Shown piece after piece: positions 15,770 to 37,576 of a stretch of DNA of 64,000 bases (the first letter of the stretch is position 1; every line of letters begins with the position of its first letter). The position numbers and the translations under genes are program-made. The DNA comes from the human T2T-CHM13v2.0 reference genome, Homo sapiens: NCBI RefSeq assembly GCF_009914755.1, contig NC_060925.1; one strand, written 5' to 3'. The notes beneath the pieces were generated by a model. It saw only the letters and a program-made list of their open reading frames with translations. It ran no database searches and had not been told where the DNA came from.

Positions 15770-16389
15770 CACTATCGAACTTTAGAACATTTTTTATCAC
15801 CCCCAAAAGAATCTTATCAGTAAGTTGCTTTCCATTCCTCCCTCCCATTGCCTCTCGCAACCACTAAATCAGTTTATGTAATTAATAAGCAAATTATGGA
15901 CATTTCATGTAATTGAAATCATACTATATGCAACTGTCTTCTTTTACTTTGTTTTGAAGGTTCATCCAGTTGTGTAATGCATCAGAACTTTGTTTCGTAT
16001 TGCCAAATAATATTCCATTATATGGCTATACCACGTTATGTTTATTCATCAATTGATGGACATGTGAGGTATTTCCACTTTTTGGCTCTTATGCATAATA
16101 CTGCTACGAACATTTGTGTACAACTTTTGCATACACTTGTTTTTATTTCTCTTTTATACCTGAGAGTGGAATTGCAGGTTCATATGGTAACTCCATGTTT
16201 TACCTTTTGAGGAACTGCCAAACTTTTCCAAAGTGGCCTCACCGCTTAAAAAATCCTAACAGCAACATATAAGAATCCTAGTTTTTCCAGATTCTATCCA
16301 ACACATGTTATTATCAGTTCTTTTGAATTTCATCATTCTAGTGGGTGTGAAGTGTATCTCATTGTGGTTTTTATTTGCATTTTCTTAAT
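15770..16389 (-). mobile_element. Old L1 (L1M-type) 3' fragment, host of the provirus; continues at 24090-25049 and 27412-28078
   Basis: Typical antisense L1 3' motifs (ctcattgtggtttt...gcatttt|cttaat|gactagtaatgttaaacatcttttc) read continuously across the provirus insertion. Confidence 0.75.
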
Positions 16390-16900
16390 TTTGGGGGACC
16401 AGTCTCAGCACCACCCGTAGGGTATCCGAAGTCCGGTGGCGACAAAGGAATGAGAAGAGACAGGTTAAGTGTTCATAAAGGTGGGAGCCAGGGGGCCAGT
16501 TGCAAAATGGAGGCTGCAAAAGGCCCAGAGTTCTGATCTCCACACTGTTTATTGAGTACAGTCACTTAGATCTAAGAAGCAGATGTTCAGGGCGAAACAG
16601 TCAAAGGGAAGCAGTACGTCATACACATAATCTGTAGCAGTGGCGGTTTAAGTGAATCTCCTTTGTGCTTAAACAACGTATCTTTAGTTAGCTGGTGGGA
16701 GTGGGCTTAACTAGGAGCCTGCATATCTAGCCACATTCCAGTGCTTCAGAGGAGCGTCTTTCTTCTTGAGCACAGTGTTTATAGATAAGAGAGCAGGTTG
16801 TGCTCAGAGCATGGGAACATAATGGCGATAAGAAGGCTTTCCTCCTCAGAGTCCTCTTGTGGCTTTCCACAACTTACTGTCCCATGTTTTTATGGCCAGT

Positions 16901-19246
<2,346 letters not shown>

Positions 19247-21720
19247 GGTAGAATTTAAGATGTCTTGTAGGTACCCAAACTGGAAGCTGGTTTTCTTCTG
19301 GGGAAATACAAACAAACCCTCTTCCCCATGTTATATCTCTCTTTTTCCCAGGTCTTTGTTTTAAAGTCCTTCCACCACACAGGTTTTCCTTCATGAACAT
19401 TTACCTTCTGTCCTGTTAAATGCTCTTCAGCTGCTATAGTAACCTGATTGCGGAAGATGTTCAAAAAATTTAAGGTAACAAGAGCCAATTGTAACTGCAT
19501 ATGAGGGGTGGAATATTCCCTATCTCCCCCTATTTTCTTTTTATGTAATTGCATTTTTAAGGTTCAGTTGGCTCGCTCAACAATCGCTTGCCTTTGAGAA
19601 TTATAGGGGATAACCGTACTGTGTTCAATGCTCTGTTGTTTTAAAAATGTTTGGAAAGATCTACTACAGTAGCCTGGTCTGTTGTCTGTTTTTAATTTTT
19701 GTGGAATTCCCATGACAGTAAAACAGGAAAGCAAGTGTCTTTTTATATGTGTTGTAGTCTGGCTGGTTTGGCAAGTAGACCATATAAATGAGAATATGTA
19801 TCTATGGTCACATGGACATAAGAAAGTTTGCCAAATGCAGGAATGTGGGTGACGTCCATTTGCCAGATCATGTTAGGTGCCAACCCTCGAGGGTTAACAC
19901 CAGTTCCTTGATACGGTAGTTGCAGTACCTGGCACTGAGGACGATGTTGTACAATGTCCTTGGCCTGTTTCCACATAATTTGATAGTTGTTTGTAAGTCC
20001 TGTTACATTAAGGTGTGTTAATGAGTGGAAAGTCTGGGCATCAGTAAGTATGGGGGAAACCAACAAGTCAGCTTGCTCATTAGCCTCAGTCAAGGGTCCT
20101 GGAAGATTGGTATGTGCTCGGATATGAGTTATATAGAAAGGAAAATCCCGAGCACACACAGCTGTTTGTAAAGAGTTGAACAATTGATAAAGCTGTTTAT
20201 CAATAATATATTTAATTAAGGCAGTTTCAATATGCTGAGTAGCTTATACAACATAAGCTGAATCTGAAACAGTATTAACTGGCTGATTAAAATCTTCTAA
20301 TACTGCAATCATTGCCTGTAATTTAGCTCTTTGGACTGAGGAAGAGTTAGTGTGGATAACTTTACCACAAGGTCCCACATATGCCGCTTTCCCAGTACTG
20401 GAGCCATCAGTAAAAACAATCATGGCTCCTTCCAAAGGGGCATCACGAGTAATTTTCGGAAGAACCTATGTAGTTAATTTTAAGAACTGGAAAATTTTAT
20501 TTTTAGGATGATGATTATCAATACATTCAATAAATTCTGCTAAATTAACTTGCCATGTAACTGAGTTAATAAATGCCTGCTTAATGTGACTTTTATTTAT
20601 TGGAACTATAATCTTATTGGGCTCAGTGCCATAAAGTTTAACAATTTGCATATGAGCCTGTCCAATTAAAATTGTGATCTGATCTACATAGACTGTAAGT
20701 GTTTTCATGGTATTATATGGCAAAAAAGACCATTCAACCAAATCATTATTTTGAACAATAACCCTCATTGAGGAGTGTGAAGTAGGGAACACAATGAATT
20801 GAAAAGGCAAGACTGAGTCAATCCTACTAACCTGGGCTTGCTGAATTTTTTTTTTTCAATTACTCTTAACTCATTCATGGCCTTGGGTGTTAATTCTCTT
20901 TTATGGTGTAAGTTGCAATCTCCCCTCAATATTTAGAAAATATTAGACATAGCATAAGTAGAAATTCCTAAGGTGGGCTGAATCCAATTAATGTCTCCTA
21001 ACAATTTTTGAAAATCATTTAAGGTTTTTAAAGAATCTTTTCTGATTTGAACCTTTTGAGGCTTAATGGCTCTATCTTGTACTTGTATCCCCAAATATTG
21101 AAAAGGAAGAGTTGTTTGAATTTTGTCAGGTGTTATAAGCAATCCAGCATTTGTAATTGCCTTTTGCAAAGATGAATAACATTGAATAAGTTGGTCTCTA
21201 TTTTTTGTTGCACATAGTATGTCATCCATATAATGAATGATGTAACAATCTGGAAATTGATCTCTAACTAGCTGGATAGCTTTGCCTACAAAAGTTTGAC
21301 AAACTGTGGAACTGTTTAACATACCTTGGGGTAAAACCTTCCAATGATATCTGGCTGCAGGTTCTTTGTTATTAATGGCAGGGATAGTAAAGGCAAATTT
21401 TTCAAAATCTGTCTCTGCCAAAGGAATTGTAAAGAAGCAGTCTTTTAAATCTATAATAACAAGCAGCCAGTCTTTAGGGAGCATGGTGGGGGATGGGAGC
21501 CCTGGTTGTAAAGCTCCCATTGGTTGCATTACAGCGTTGACCTCTTGCAAGTCGGTCAGCATGCACCATCTACCATACTTTTTTTAAAATTACATATACT
21601 GGGGAATTCCAAGGAGAGAAAGTGGGTGAAATATATCCTTTTTCTAGTAGTTTTTTAACTATTTCATGGAACGCCCCCAAGTTTTTCTGAGGGAGCGGCC
21701 ACTGTTCGACCCAGACAGGA

Positions 21721-23388
21721 TGCTGCAGGGTGAGCCTGAATTGCTTCTTCACCATAGTGAACTGCAGGTTGGGCAGTAATGGGTGCGGCAAGCTGAGTTT
21801 CAGGCTCCCTCCCCCTGCACTCACTCAGCTGAGGAGGAGGTGGCCATTCCGGACATTTCTCTGAAGAAGCTGCGGGCTGAACAATTTTCTGTGTAGGTTT
21901 AGGGAGACCGGGGGGATTGGTAGAAATCACCTCCGGTATCGGGGGAACCAGCCCCCAATATTTCAACATAGGTTCTATTTTCCGTAAGTGTGCCAGTCTG
22001 AGAAATAAAGAGAAAGAGTGCAAAAGAGAAATTCTACAGCTGGGTCTCCGGGGGTGACATCACATTTCAGCAGGTTCCATGATGCCCCTGAGCCGCAAAA
22101 CCAGCAAGTTTTTATTATGGATTTCAAAAGGGGAGGGGTGTACGAATAGGGAGTGGGTCACAGAGGTCACATGCTTCAGAGGCAGTAAAATATCACAAAG
22201 GCAGAGAGGCAGAGCGAGATCACAAGGCCAGGGCGAAACTAGAATTACTGATGAAGGTCCATGTCCCGCTGGGCACATTGGACGTTGATATTGATAAACA
22301 TCTTAACAGGAAACAGGGTTCGAGAGCAGACAACCGATCTGACTAGAATTCGCCAGGCTGGAATTTCCTAATCCTAGCAAGCCTGAGGGTGCTGCAGGAG
22401 ACCAGGGCATATTTCATCCCTTATCTCCAACTGCATAAGACAGACACTCCCAGAGCAGCGATTTTACAGATGTCTCCCTGGGAATGCATTCGTTTTCCCA
22501 GGGTTATTCCTTGCTGAGAAAAGAATTCAGCGATATTTCTCCTATTCGCTTTCTGAAAGAAGAGAAATATGACTCTGTTCTGCCTGGCCCCACAGGCAGT
22601 CAGACTTTATGGTTATCTCCCTTGTTCCCCGAAAATCGTTGTTATCCTGTTCTTTTCAAGGTGCCCAGATTTCACATTATTCAAACACAAATGCTTTACA
22701 AACAATTTGTACAGGTAATGCAATCATCACAGGGTCCTCAGGCGATATACATCCCCAGCTTACGAAGATGACGGGATTAAGAGATTAAAGTAAAGACAGG
22801 CATAGGAAATTATAAGAGTATTGATTGGGGAGGTGATAAATGTCCATGAAATCTTCACAATTTATGTTCAGAGATTACAGTAAAGACAGGTGTAAGAAAT
22901 TATAAAAGTATTAATTTAGGGAACTAACAAATGTCCATGAAATCTTCACAATTTATGTTCTTCTGCCATGGCTTCAGCCGGTCCCTCTGTTTGGGGTCCC
23001 TGACTTCCTGCAACACTCTGGACTCTCCCTTTTTATTAGTACTTGGTAGGGGTGGTTCAGAGTCCTGATCATTAAACTCCTCTCTCTCCTCTGACTCAGC
23101 CTCATCATCTATCTGAAAAGCCTCCAGTGCTGTACACACCAATGACCAAACTGACCAAACAGGCAAAGGAATTTCCTTTCCCTTTCTTTGTGCTCTTTTA
23201 AGGTCCTTTCCAATTCTTTCCCAATCTTTCAATTCCAAAGTTCTCTGTTCCGGGAACCAAGGGCAAAATTGTTCCACAGCATAAAACAAATCCATAAGAT
23301 TTTTTGTATCAACTTTTACACCACTACGCTTCAAGAGCTGCCATAGCAAGCTCAAATACATGGCGTACTTACTTTCAGTTTGTCCCAT
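21721..23388 (-). pseudogene. Truncated gag (matrix and proline-rich region), interrupted by MER11; capsid, nucleocapsid and pro are missing
   Basis: ATG at 23388 gives MGQTESKY...FCPWFPEQ...WERIG (betaretroviral matrix). The frame resumes after MER11 and then abuts RT directly at ~21720. Confidence 0.85.
21937..23015 (-). mobile_element. MER11 solo LTR (HERV-K11/HML-8) inserted in gag
   Basis: The minus strand starts TGTTGCAGGAAGTCAGGGACCCC and ends CCCCCGATA; TSD CTCCGG (21931-21936) / CTCTGG (23016-23021). Confidence 0.88.
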
Positions 23389-23517
23389 TTGTGTCCCTAG
23401 CTTTCTCCAAGTGCCCCGCTCACCTGCGGAGCTTAAAACTTTTTCGTCTTTGGGAGTCCTTTGTCTGTCGGTCCTCCATTTCACACGCTTGAGCATGCCT
23501 TCACTGGATTCTTTCGG

Positions 23518-23535
23518 GCCTCATGTTGGGCACCA
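23518..23535 (-). promoter_or_regulatory. Primer binding site (tRNA-Lys)
   Basis: TGGTGCCCAACATGAGGC, 3 nt downstream of the 5' LTR; resembles the HERV-K PBS TGGCGCCCAACGTGGGGC. Confidence 0.85.
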
Positions 23536-23538
23536 GAA

Positions 23539-24083
23539 TGTAGGGGACCAGCCTCAACACCATCCGTAGGGTACCTGAAGTCCGGTGGCGACAAAGGAAT
23601 GAGAAGAGACAGGTTAAGAGTTCATAAAGGTGGGAGCCAGGGGGCCAGTTGCAAAATGGAGGCTGCAAAAGGCCCAGAGTTCTGGTCTCTACACTATTTA
23701 TTGAGTATAATCACTTAGATCTAAGAAGCAGATGTTCAGGGCAAAACTGTGAAAGGGAGGCAGTACGTCATACACGTAATGTGTAGCAGAGGCGGTTTAA
23801 GTGAATCTCCTTTGTGCTCAAGCAGCATATCTTTAGTTAGCTGGTGGGAGTGGGCTTAACTAGGAGCCTGCATATCTAGCCACATTCCAATGCTTCAGAG
23901 GAGCGTCTTTCTTCTTGAGCACAGTGTTTATAGATAAGAGAGCAGGTTGTGCTCAGAGCATGGGAACATAATGGTGATCAGAAGACTTTCCTCCTCAGAG
24001 TCCTCTTGTGGCTTTCCACAACTTATTGTCCCATATTTTTATGGCCAGTTTATGCAGGCACCCCATGAGCCTTTTTCCCAACG
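23539..24083 (-). mobile_element. 5' LTR (LTR14-type)
   Basis: About 34 differences from the 3' LTR over 545 bp by manual alignment; minus-strand TATAAA at 23932-23927; followed by the PBS. Confidence 0.9.
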
Positions 24084-24139
24084 CTTAATGACTAGTAATG
24101 TTAAACATCTTTTCAGGTGCTTATGGGCCATTTGTATAA

Positions 24140-24346
<207 letters not shown>

Positions 24347-24498
24347 TAAATTTTTGGTAGAGGACAAGGTCTCATTATGTTGCCCAGGCTGGTCTCAAAC
24401 TCCTGGAATTAAGCAGTCCTCCCGTCTCAGCCTCCCGAAGTGTGAGAATTACAGGTGTGAGCCACTGCACCTGACCCTTTTGCCTATTTTTAAATTGA

Positions 24499-24732
<234 letters not shown>

Positions 24733-25067
24733 TGATCTGCCCGCCTTGGCCTCCCAAAGTGCTGGGATTACAGGCATGAGCCACTGCACCCAGCCTTGAG
24801 TTGACTTTATTGTTAAGTTGTAAGAGTTCTTTATATATTATGGATATAAGTTAAGTTCTATGTGATTTGCAAATATTTTCTCCCATTCTGTGGGCTGTCT
24901 TTCACTTACTTGATGGTATCCCTTGAAGTACAAGTGTCTGATTTGGATAAAATTCAATTCTCCATTTTTAGTTTTTTTGCTTGTGCTTTTGATGTTATAG
25001 TTAAGAAACCATTGCATAACACATGATAATGAAGATTTACTTTCTCTGTAGAAAATTAGAAAACTTG

Positions 25068-26620
25068 AGGGAGGTGGGGGGGCGGTCAGCCCCCCGCCCG
25101 GCCAGCCGCCCCATCCGGGAGGGAGGTGGGGGGTCAGCCCCCCGCCCGGCCAGCCGCCCCGTCCGGGAGGTGAGGGGCGCCTCGGCCCGGCCGCCCCTAC
25201 TGGGAAGTGAGGAGCCCCTCAGCCCGGCCAGCCACCCCGTCCGGGAGGGAGATGGGGGGGTCAGCCCCCCAACCCGGCCAGCCGCCCCGTCCGGGAGGGA
25301 GGTGGGGGGGTCAGCCCTCCGCCCAGCCAGCCGCGCCGTCTGGGAGGTGAGGGGTGCCTCTGCCCGGCCGCCCCTACTGGGAAGTGAGGAGCCCCTCTGC
25401 CCGGCCAGCCGCCCTGTCCGGGAGGGAGGTGGGGGGGTCAGCCCTCCGCCCGGCCAGCCGCCCCGTCTGGGAGGTGAGGGGCGCCTCTGCCCGGCCGCCC
25501 CTACTGGGAAGTGAGGAACCCCTCTGCCCGGCCAGCCGCCCCGTCCGGGAGGGAGGTGGGGGGGTCAGCCCCCCGCCCGGCCAGCCGCCCCGTCCGGGAG
25601 GGAGGTGGGGGGGTCAGCCCCCCGCCCGGCCAGCCGCCCCGTCCGGGAGGGAGGTGGGGGGGGTCAGCCCCCCTGCCCGGCCAGCCGCCCCGTCCGGGAG
25701 GTGAGGGGCGCCTCTGCCCGGCCGCCCCTACTGGGAAGTGAGGAGCCCCTCTGCCCGGCCAGCCGCCCCGTCCGGGAGGGAGGTGGGGGGGGTCAGCCCC
25801 CCCGCCCGGCCAGCCGCCCCGTCCGGGAGGTGAGGGGCGCCTCTGCCCGGCCGCCCCTACTGGGAAGTGAGGAGCCCCTCTGCCCGGCCAGCCGCCCCGT
25901 CCGGGAGGGAGGTGGGGGGGTCAGCCCCCCGCCCGGCCAGCCGCCCCCTCCGGGAGGGAGGTGGGGGGGGGTCAGCCCCCCTGCCTGGCCAGCCGCCCCG
26001 TCCGGGAGGTGAGGGGCGCCTCTGCCCGGCCGCCCCTACTGGGAAGTGAGTAGCCCCTCTGCCCGGCCACCACCCCGTCTGGGAGGTGTGCCCAACAGCT
26101 CATTGAGAACGGGCCAGGATGACAATGGCGGCTTTGTGGAATAGAAAGGCGGGAAAGGTGGGGAAAAGATTGAGAAATCGGATGGTTGCCGTGTCTGTGT
26201 AGAAAGAAGTAGACATGGGAGACTTTTCATTTTGTTCTGCACTAAGAAAAATTCCTCTGCCTTGGGATCCTGTTGATCTGTGACCTTACCCTCAACCCTG
26301 TGCTCTCTGAAACATGTGCTGTGTCCACTCAGGGTTAAATGGATTAAGGGCGGTGCAAGATGTGCTTTGTTAAACAGATGCTTGAAGGCAGCATGCTCGT
26401 TAAGAGTCATCACCAATCCCTAATCTCAAGTAATCAGGGACACAAACACTGCGGAAGGCCGCAGGGTCCTCTGCCTAGGAAAACCAGAGACCTTTGTTCA
26501 CTTGTTTATCTGCTGACCTTCCCTCCACTATTGTCCCATGACCCTGCCAAATCCCCCTCTGTGAGAAACACCCAAGAATTATCAATAAAAAAATAAATTA
26601 AAAAAAAAAAAAAAAGAAAA
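25068..26620 (+). mobile_element. 5'-truncated SVA (human-specific E/F-like): VNTR, SINE-R and polyA
   Basis: GC-rich VNTR units (GCCAGCCGCCCCGTCCGGGAGG...) at 25068-~26085, then SINE-R, AATAAA at 26584-26589 and an A-tail. No CCCTCT hexamer or Alu-like domain. Confidence 0.93.
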
Positions 26621-27080
26621 TGATCAAAACAAATGACAGGGCTCAGGGCAAGGGGCAAAACTGTTCCCCTGCCAGGCTGTTTGATAGAAAAAGGAATGGT
26701 TTTCTTAGTTCTAAAGCTTCAACCACACTGGATCCTTGTGTTTTCACAACCCTTAAGGTTAGAGCCAACTTTCAAAAAGAATAATTAAATCGGGAAATAA
26801 GTGGGGTCAGCAGGTTTCGTAGTGCTTTTAAACAGGAAGTCTCAGAACTCATGGAGGGAAGTAGCTGACAGCAAAACTGCTTTCCTACTCATCAACCCAA
26901 AGAACTGCTTAATTCCAGAAGAAGATAGAGGAGCACATCTCACCAAAGACAAGTTGACCCTAACTCTTAAATCATCTACAGCCAAAAAACTGATTCTGTA
27001 CCTGGTTGATCATGCCTGTAAAAAAAAAAAAATTAAAAATTAAAAAAATTGATTCTGCCTATAAAAAAAAAAAAAAGAAA
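26621..27080 (+). other. SVA 3'-transduced unique sequence with a second polyA tail
   Basis: About 440 bp of non-SVA sequence between the SVA tail and a second A-tail (27063-27080), enclosed by the TSD AGAAAATTAGAAAACTTG (25050-25067 and 27081-27098). Confidence 0.8.
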
Positions 27081-27098
27081 AGAAAATTAGAAAACTTG

Positions 27099-27393
27099 GG
27101 CCAGGCCCCGTGGCTCACACCTGTAATCCCAGCACTTTGGGAGGCCGAGGCAGGTGGATCATGAGGTCAGGAGATCGAGATCATCCTGGCTAACACAGGG
27201 AAACCCCGTCTCTACTAAAAAAAATACAAAAAAATTAGCTGGGCATGGTGGCGGGTGCCTGTAGTCCCAGCTACTCGGGAGGCTGAGGCAGGAGAGTGGC
27301 GTGAACCCGGGAGGCAGAGGTTGCCGTGAGCCAATGAGCTGAGATCACACCAGTGCACTCCAGCTTGGGGGACAGAGCGAGACTCTGGCTCAA
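27099..27393 (+). mobile_element. AluY with almost no A-tail
   Basis: AluY diagnostics (GAGATCGAGA..ATCCTGGCTAACAC, GGCGTGAACCC); flanked by AGAAAATTAGAAAACTTG at 27081-27098 and 27394-27411. Confidence 0.88.
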
Positions 27394-28078
27394 AGAAAAT
27401 TAGAAAACTTGCCCCTGCAAGTTTTATTCTTGGAGCTCTTATGAGTACGTCTATGATCTATTTTGAGTATGATATGAGGTAGGGGTCCATTTTCATTCTT
27501 TTGTGGGTGAATTTCAGGTTGTCCCAACAGCATTTGTTGAAGACACTATTCTTTCCTCATTGAATTGTCTTGGCATCCATGTTGAAAATCAGTTGACCAG
27601 GCCGGGCACGATGGCTCACGCCTGTAATCCCAGCATTTTGGGAGGCTGAGGCTGGTGGATCATGAGGTCAGGAGGTGAAGACCAGCCTGGCCAAGATGGC
27701 GAAACTCCGTCTTTACTAAAAATACAAAAAATTAGCCAGGCGTGGTGGTGGGCACCTGTAATCCCAGCTACTCAGGAGGCTGAGGCAGAGAATTGCTTGA
27801 ACCTGGGAGGCAGAGGTTGCAGTGAGCTGAGATGGTGCCACTGCATTCCAGCCTGGGTGACAGAGTGAGACTCCGTTTCAAGAAAAAAAGAAAAAGAAAA
27901 AGAAAAATCAGTTGACCGTGATGTAAATGTATGCCAATACCACACTATCTTGATTACTGTAGTTTTGTAGTAAGTGTTGGAATCAGGACATATGAGGCCT
28001 CCAAATTTGTTCCTTTTCAAGAATACTTGGGCTATTCTAGGTCTGTTGCATTTCCAAATGAATTTTGAGATTAGCCTG

Positions 28079-34370
<6,292 letters not shown>

Positions 34371-34690
34371 TGACTTTTTTATTTTCCCAGTATGATGATT
34401 GTGAATGGTATCTGGTTTTCATCATTTTAATTAGCATTTCCCTGATTTGTAATGAGGTTCAAAAATCTTTTCATGGGTTCACTAGCCTTTTGTGTTTCGT
34501 TTTCTGTGAAATGCCTGTTCATGCCTTTTGCTCATTTTTTTAATGAAGCTGTAGGCATTCTTTATATATTCTAGATATTAATATAGATTATTAATCCCTA
34601 TTAATCTATTGTCAGTTTTCCATGTTGCACACATCTTTTCCCATTTGTGGTTTACCTTTTCACTTTTTTTTTTTTTGTAACAGTGCAAGG

Positions 34691-34735
34691 ATGATGCTGA
34701 AAGGAATAACAAGGCTTATCTCTAGGATCCATAAG
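34691..34735 (+). CDS. DAP3: DAP3 exon 2 CDS (MMLKGITRLISRIHK); exon starts at 34684
   Basis: Long pyrimidine tract plus CAG acceptor; ATG at 34691; AAG|GTGAGT donor; basic mitochondrial-targeting-like N-terminus. Confidence 0.95.
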
Positions 34736-35160
34736 GTGAGTCCTGACTGACCTGAACACTCTGTGCATACTGCCTTTAGGTTCCCAGATTCTTGTTTTCA
34801 GATGGATTCATTGTATCTAGAGTGAAATGCTCTGGAAAACTTCATATGTAACAGGTTTCAGTAGAATAATTGTGCTTGAGAATTTACCATGGAATAGGAG
34901 AATTAATATTTTTCCAGAAAACATAAGTAAGTTTGACTGTAATTATCTTTATTAACTTTATTTCTCTAGCCAACTAGAGAATGGTTATCATCCCTTAATG
35001 AAGTATTTAAAAGAAAAACAAGTTGCCAATTTACAGCTTTAGCATCTAAAATAGAATAAAAAATAAAATTGTACATGAAAAAGACCATTCTGCTGGTTTA
35101 CTTCATTTTTTCACATATTTACCAAATAGTTTTTCAGTACTTTTTTTTTTTTTTTTTTGA

Positions 35161-35346
<186 letters not shown>

Positions 35347-36090
35347 TAGCTAGGCTGGTCTCGAACTCCTGACTTCGTGATCTGCCCACCTAGGCCTCCC
35401 AAAGTGCTGGGATTACAGGCGTGAGCCACTGTGCCCGGCCTTCAGTACCTTCTATATGGCAGGTACTCAGAATTCTAAGATGCCTCATTTCACTAATAAT
35501 AGTTATTATTTGTTGGATATTATTATGTGCCAGGTACTACACTAAGTGATTTATTTTTTTAATCCTCATGATCAACCCATGAACGAGATAATATCCTTGT
35601 TTCACAGATGGAGAAACTAAAGATGAGACTGGCTAGGTAACTTACCTGAGGAAATAGCCTGTGAGGTTGCAAAGCCCACACGAGATGCCAGGTCTGTCTG
35701 ACTTCAAAGCCTGTGGCCTAACCACTGTGCTCTATTGCATTTTATGGTCCATGTTCTCCAGAAGCTTACAGTCCAGTAGAATCATGAAAAAATGACTATT
35801 TCAGTATGGTGCTCTTACAGCACCAAAGAGGAGCACCTGAGCGGGATTAGTCGAGTCAGCAGGAGATCCTGAAAGGCTCAGAACTGAGCCAGAAAGACTT
35901 GGTCATTTTCAGCTGATTATTTAATTACAGATTAGATTTCCTAGAAAAGGAGCCCTTCCTCCTATATGGCTCCCCCTGCATGTGCCCCCTTCCCTCAGGC
36001 CTATATATTAATACATAAAATAACCCATTATTATAAAATGAAACGAAAGCAAGGATCAGCAGAGGGATGGATTCTGGACTCAACTGATCA

Positions 36091-37074
<984 letters not shown>

Positions 37075-37222
37075 GTGATCTTCTAGATTGGCTCACAAAT
37101 GCTCTTTCAGAAACTGCAGGATGTTCATTCTGGAACTGTACAGAGGCAATTGTACAGATGGTTGTTTTCTCTGGAAACAACAGTCTACTTGAGTGATAAC
37201 ATATATAAAACTTTAAGAACTA

Positions 37223-37576
<354 letters not shown>

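Noticed and set aside
25023-26049. Long Pro/Arg/Gly-rich ORFs and regularly spaced repeats resembling an array
   Set aside because: These are SVA VNTR units. There are no unique spacers or cas genes, so this is not CRISPR, and the ORFs are by-products of GC-rich tandem repeats.
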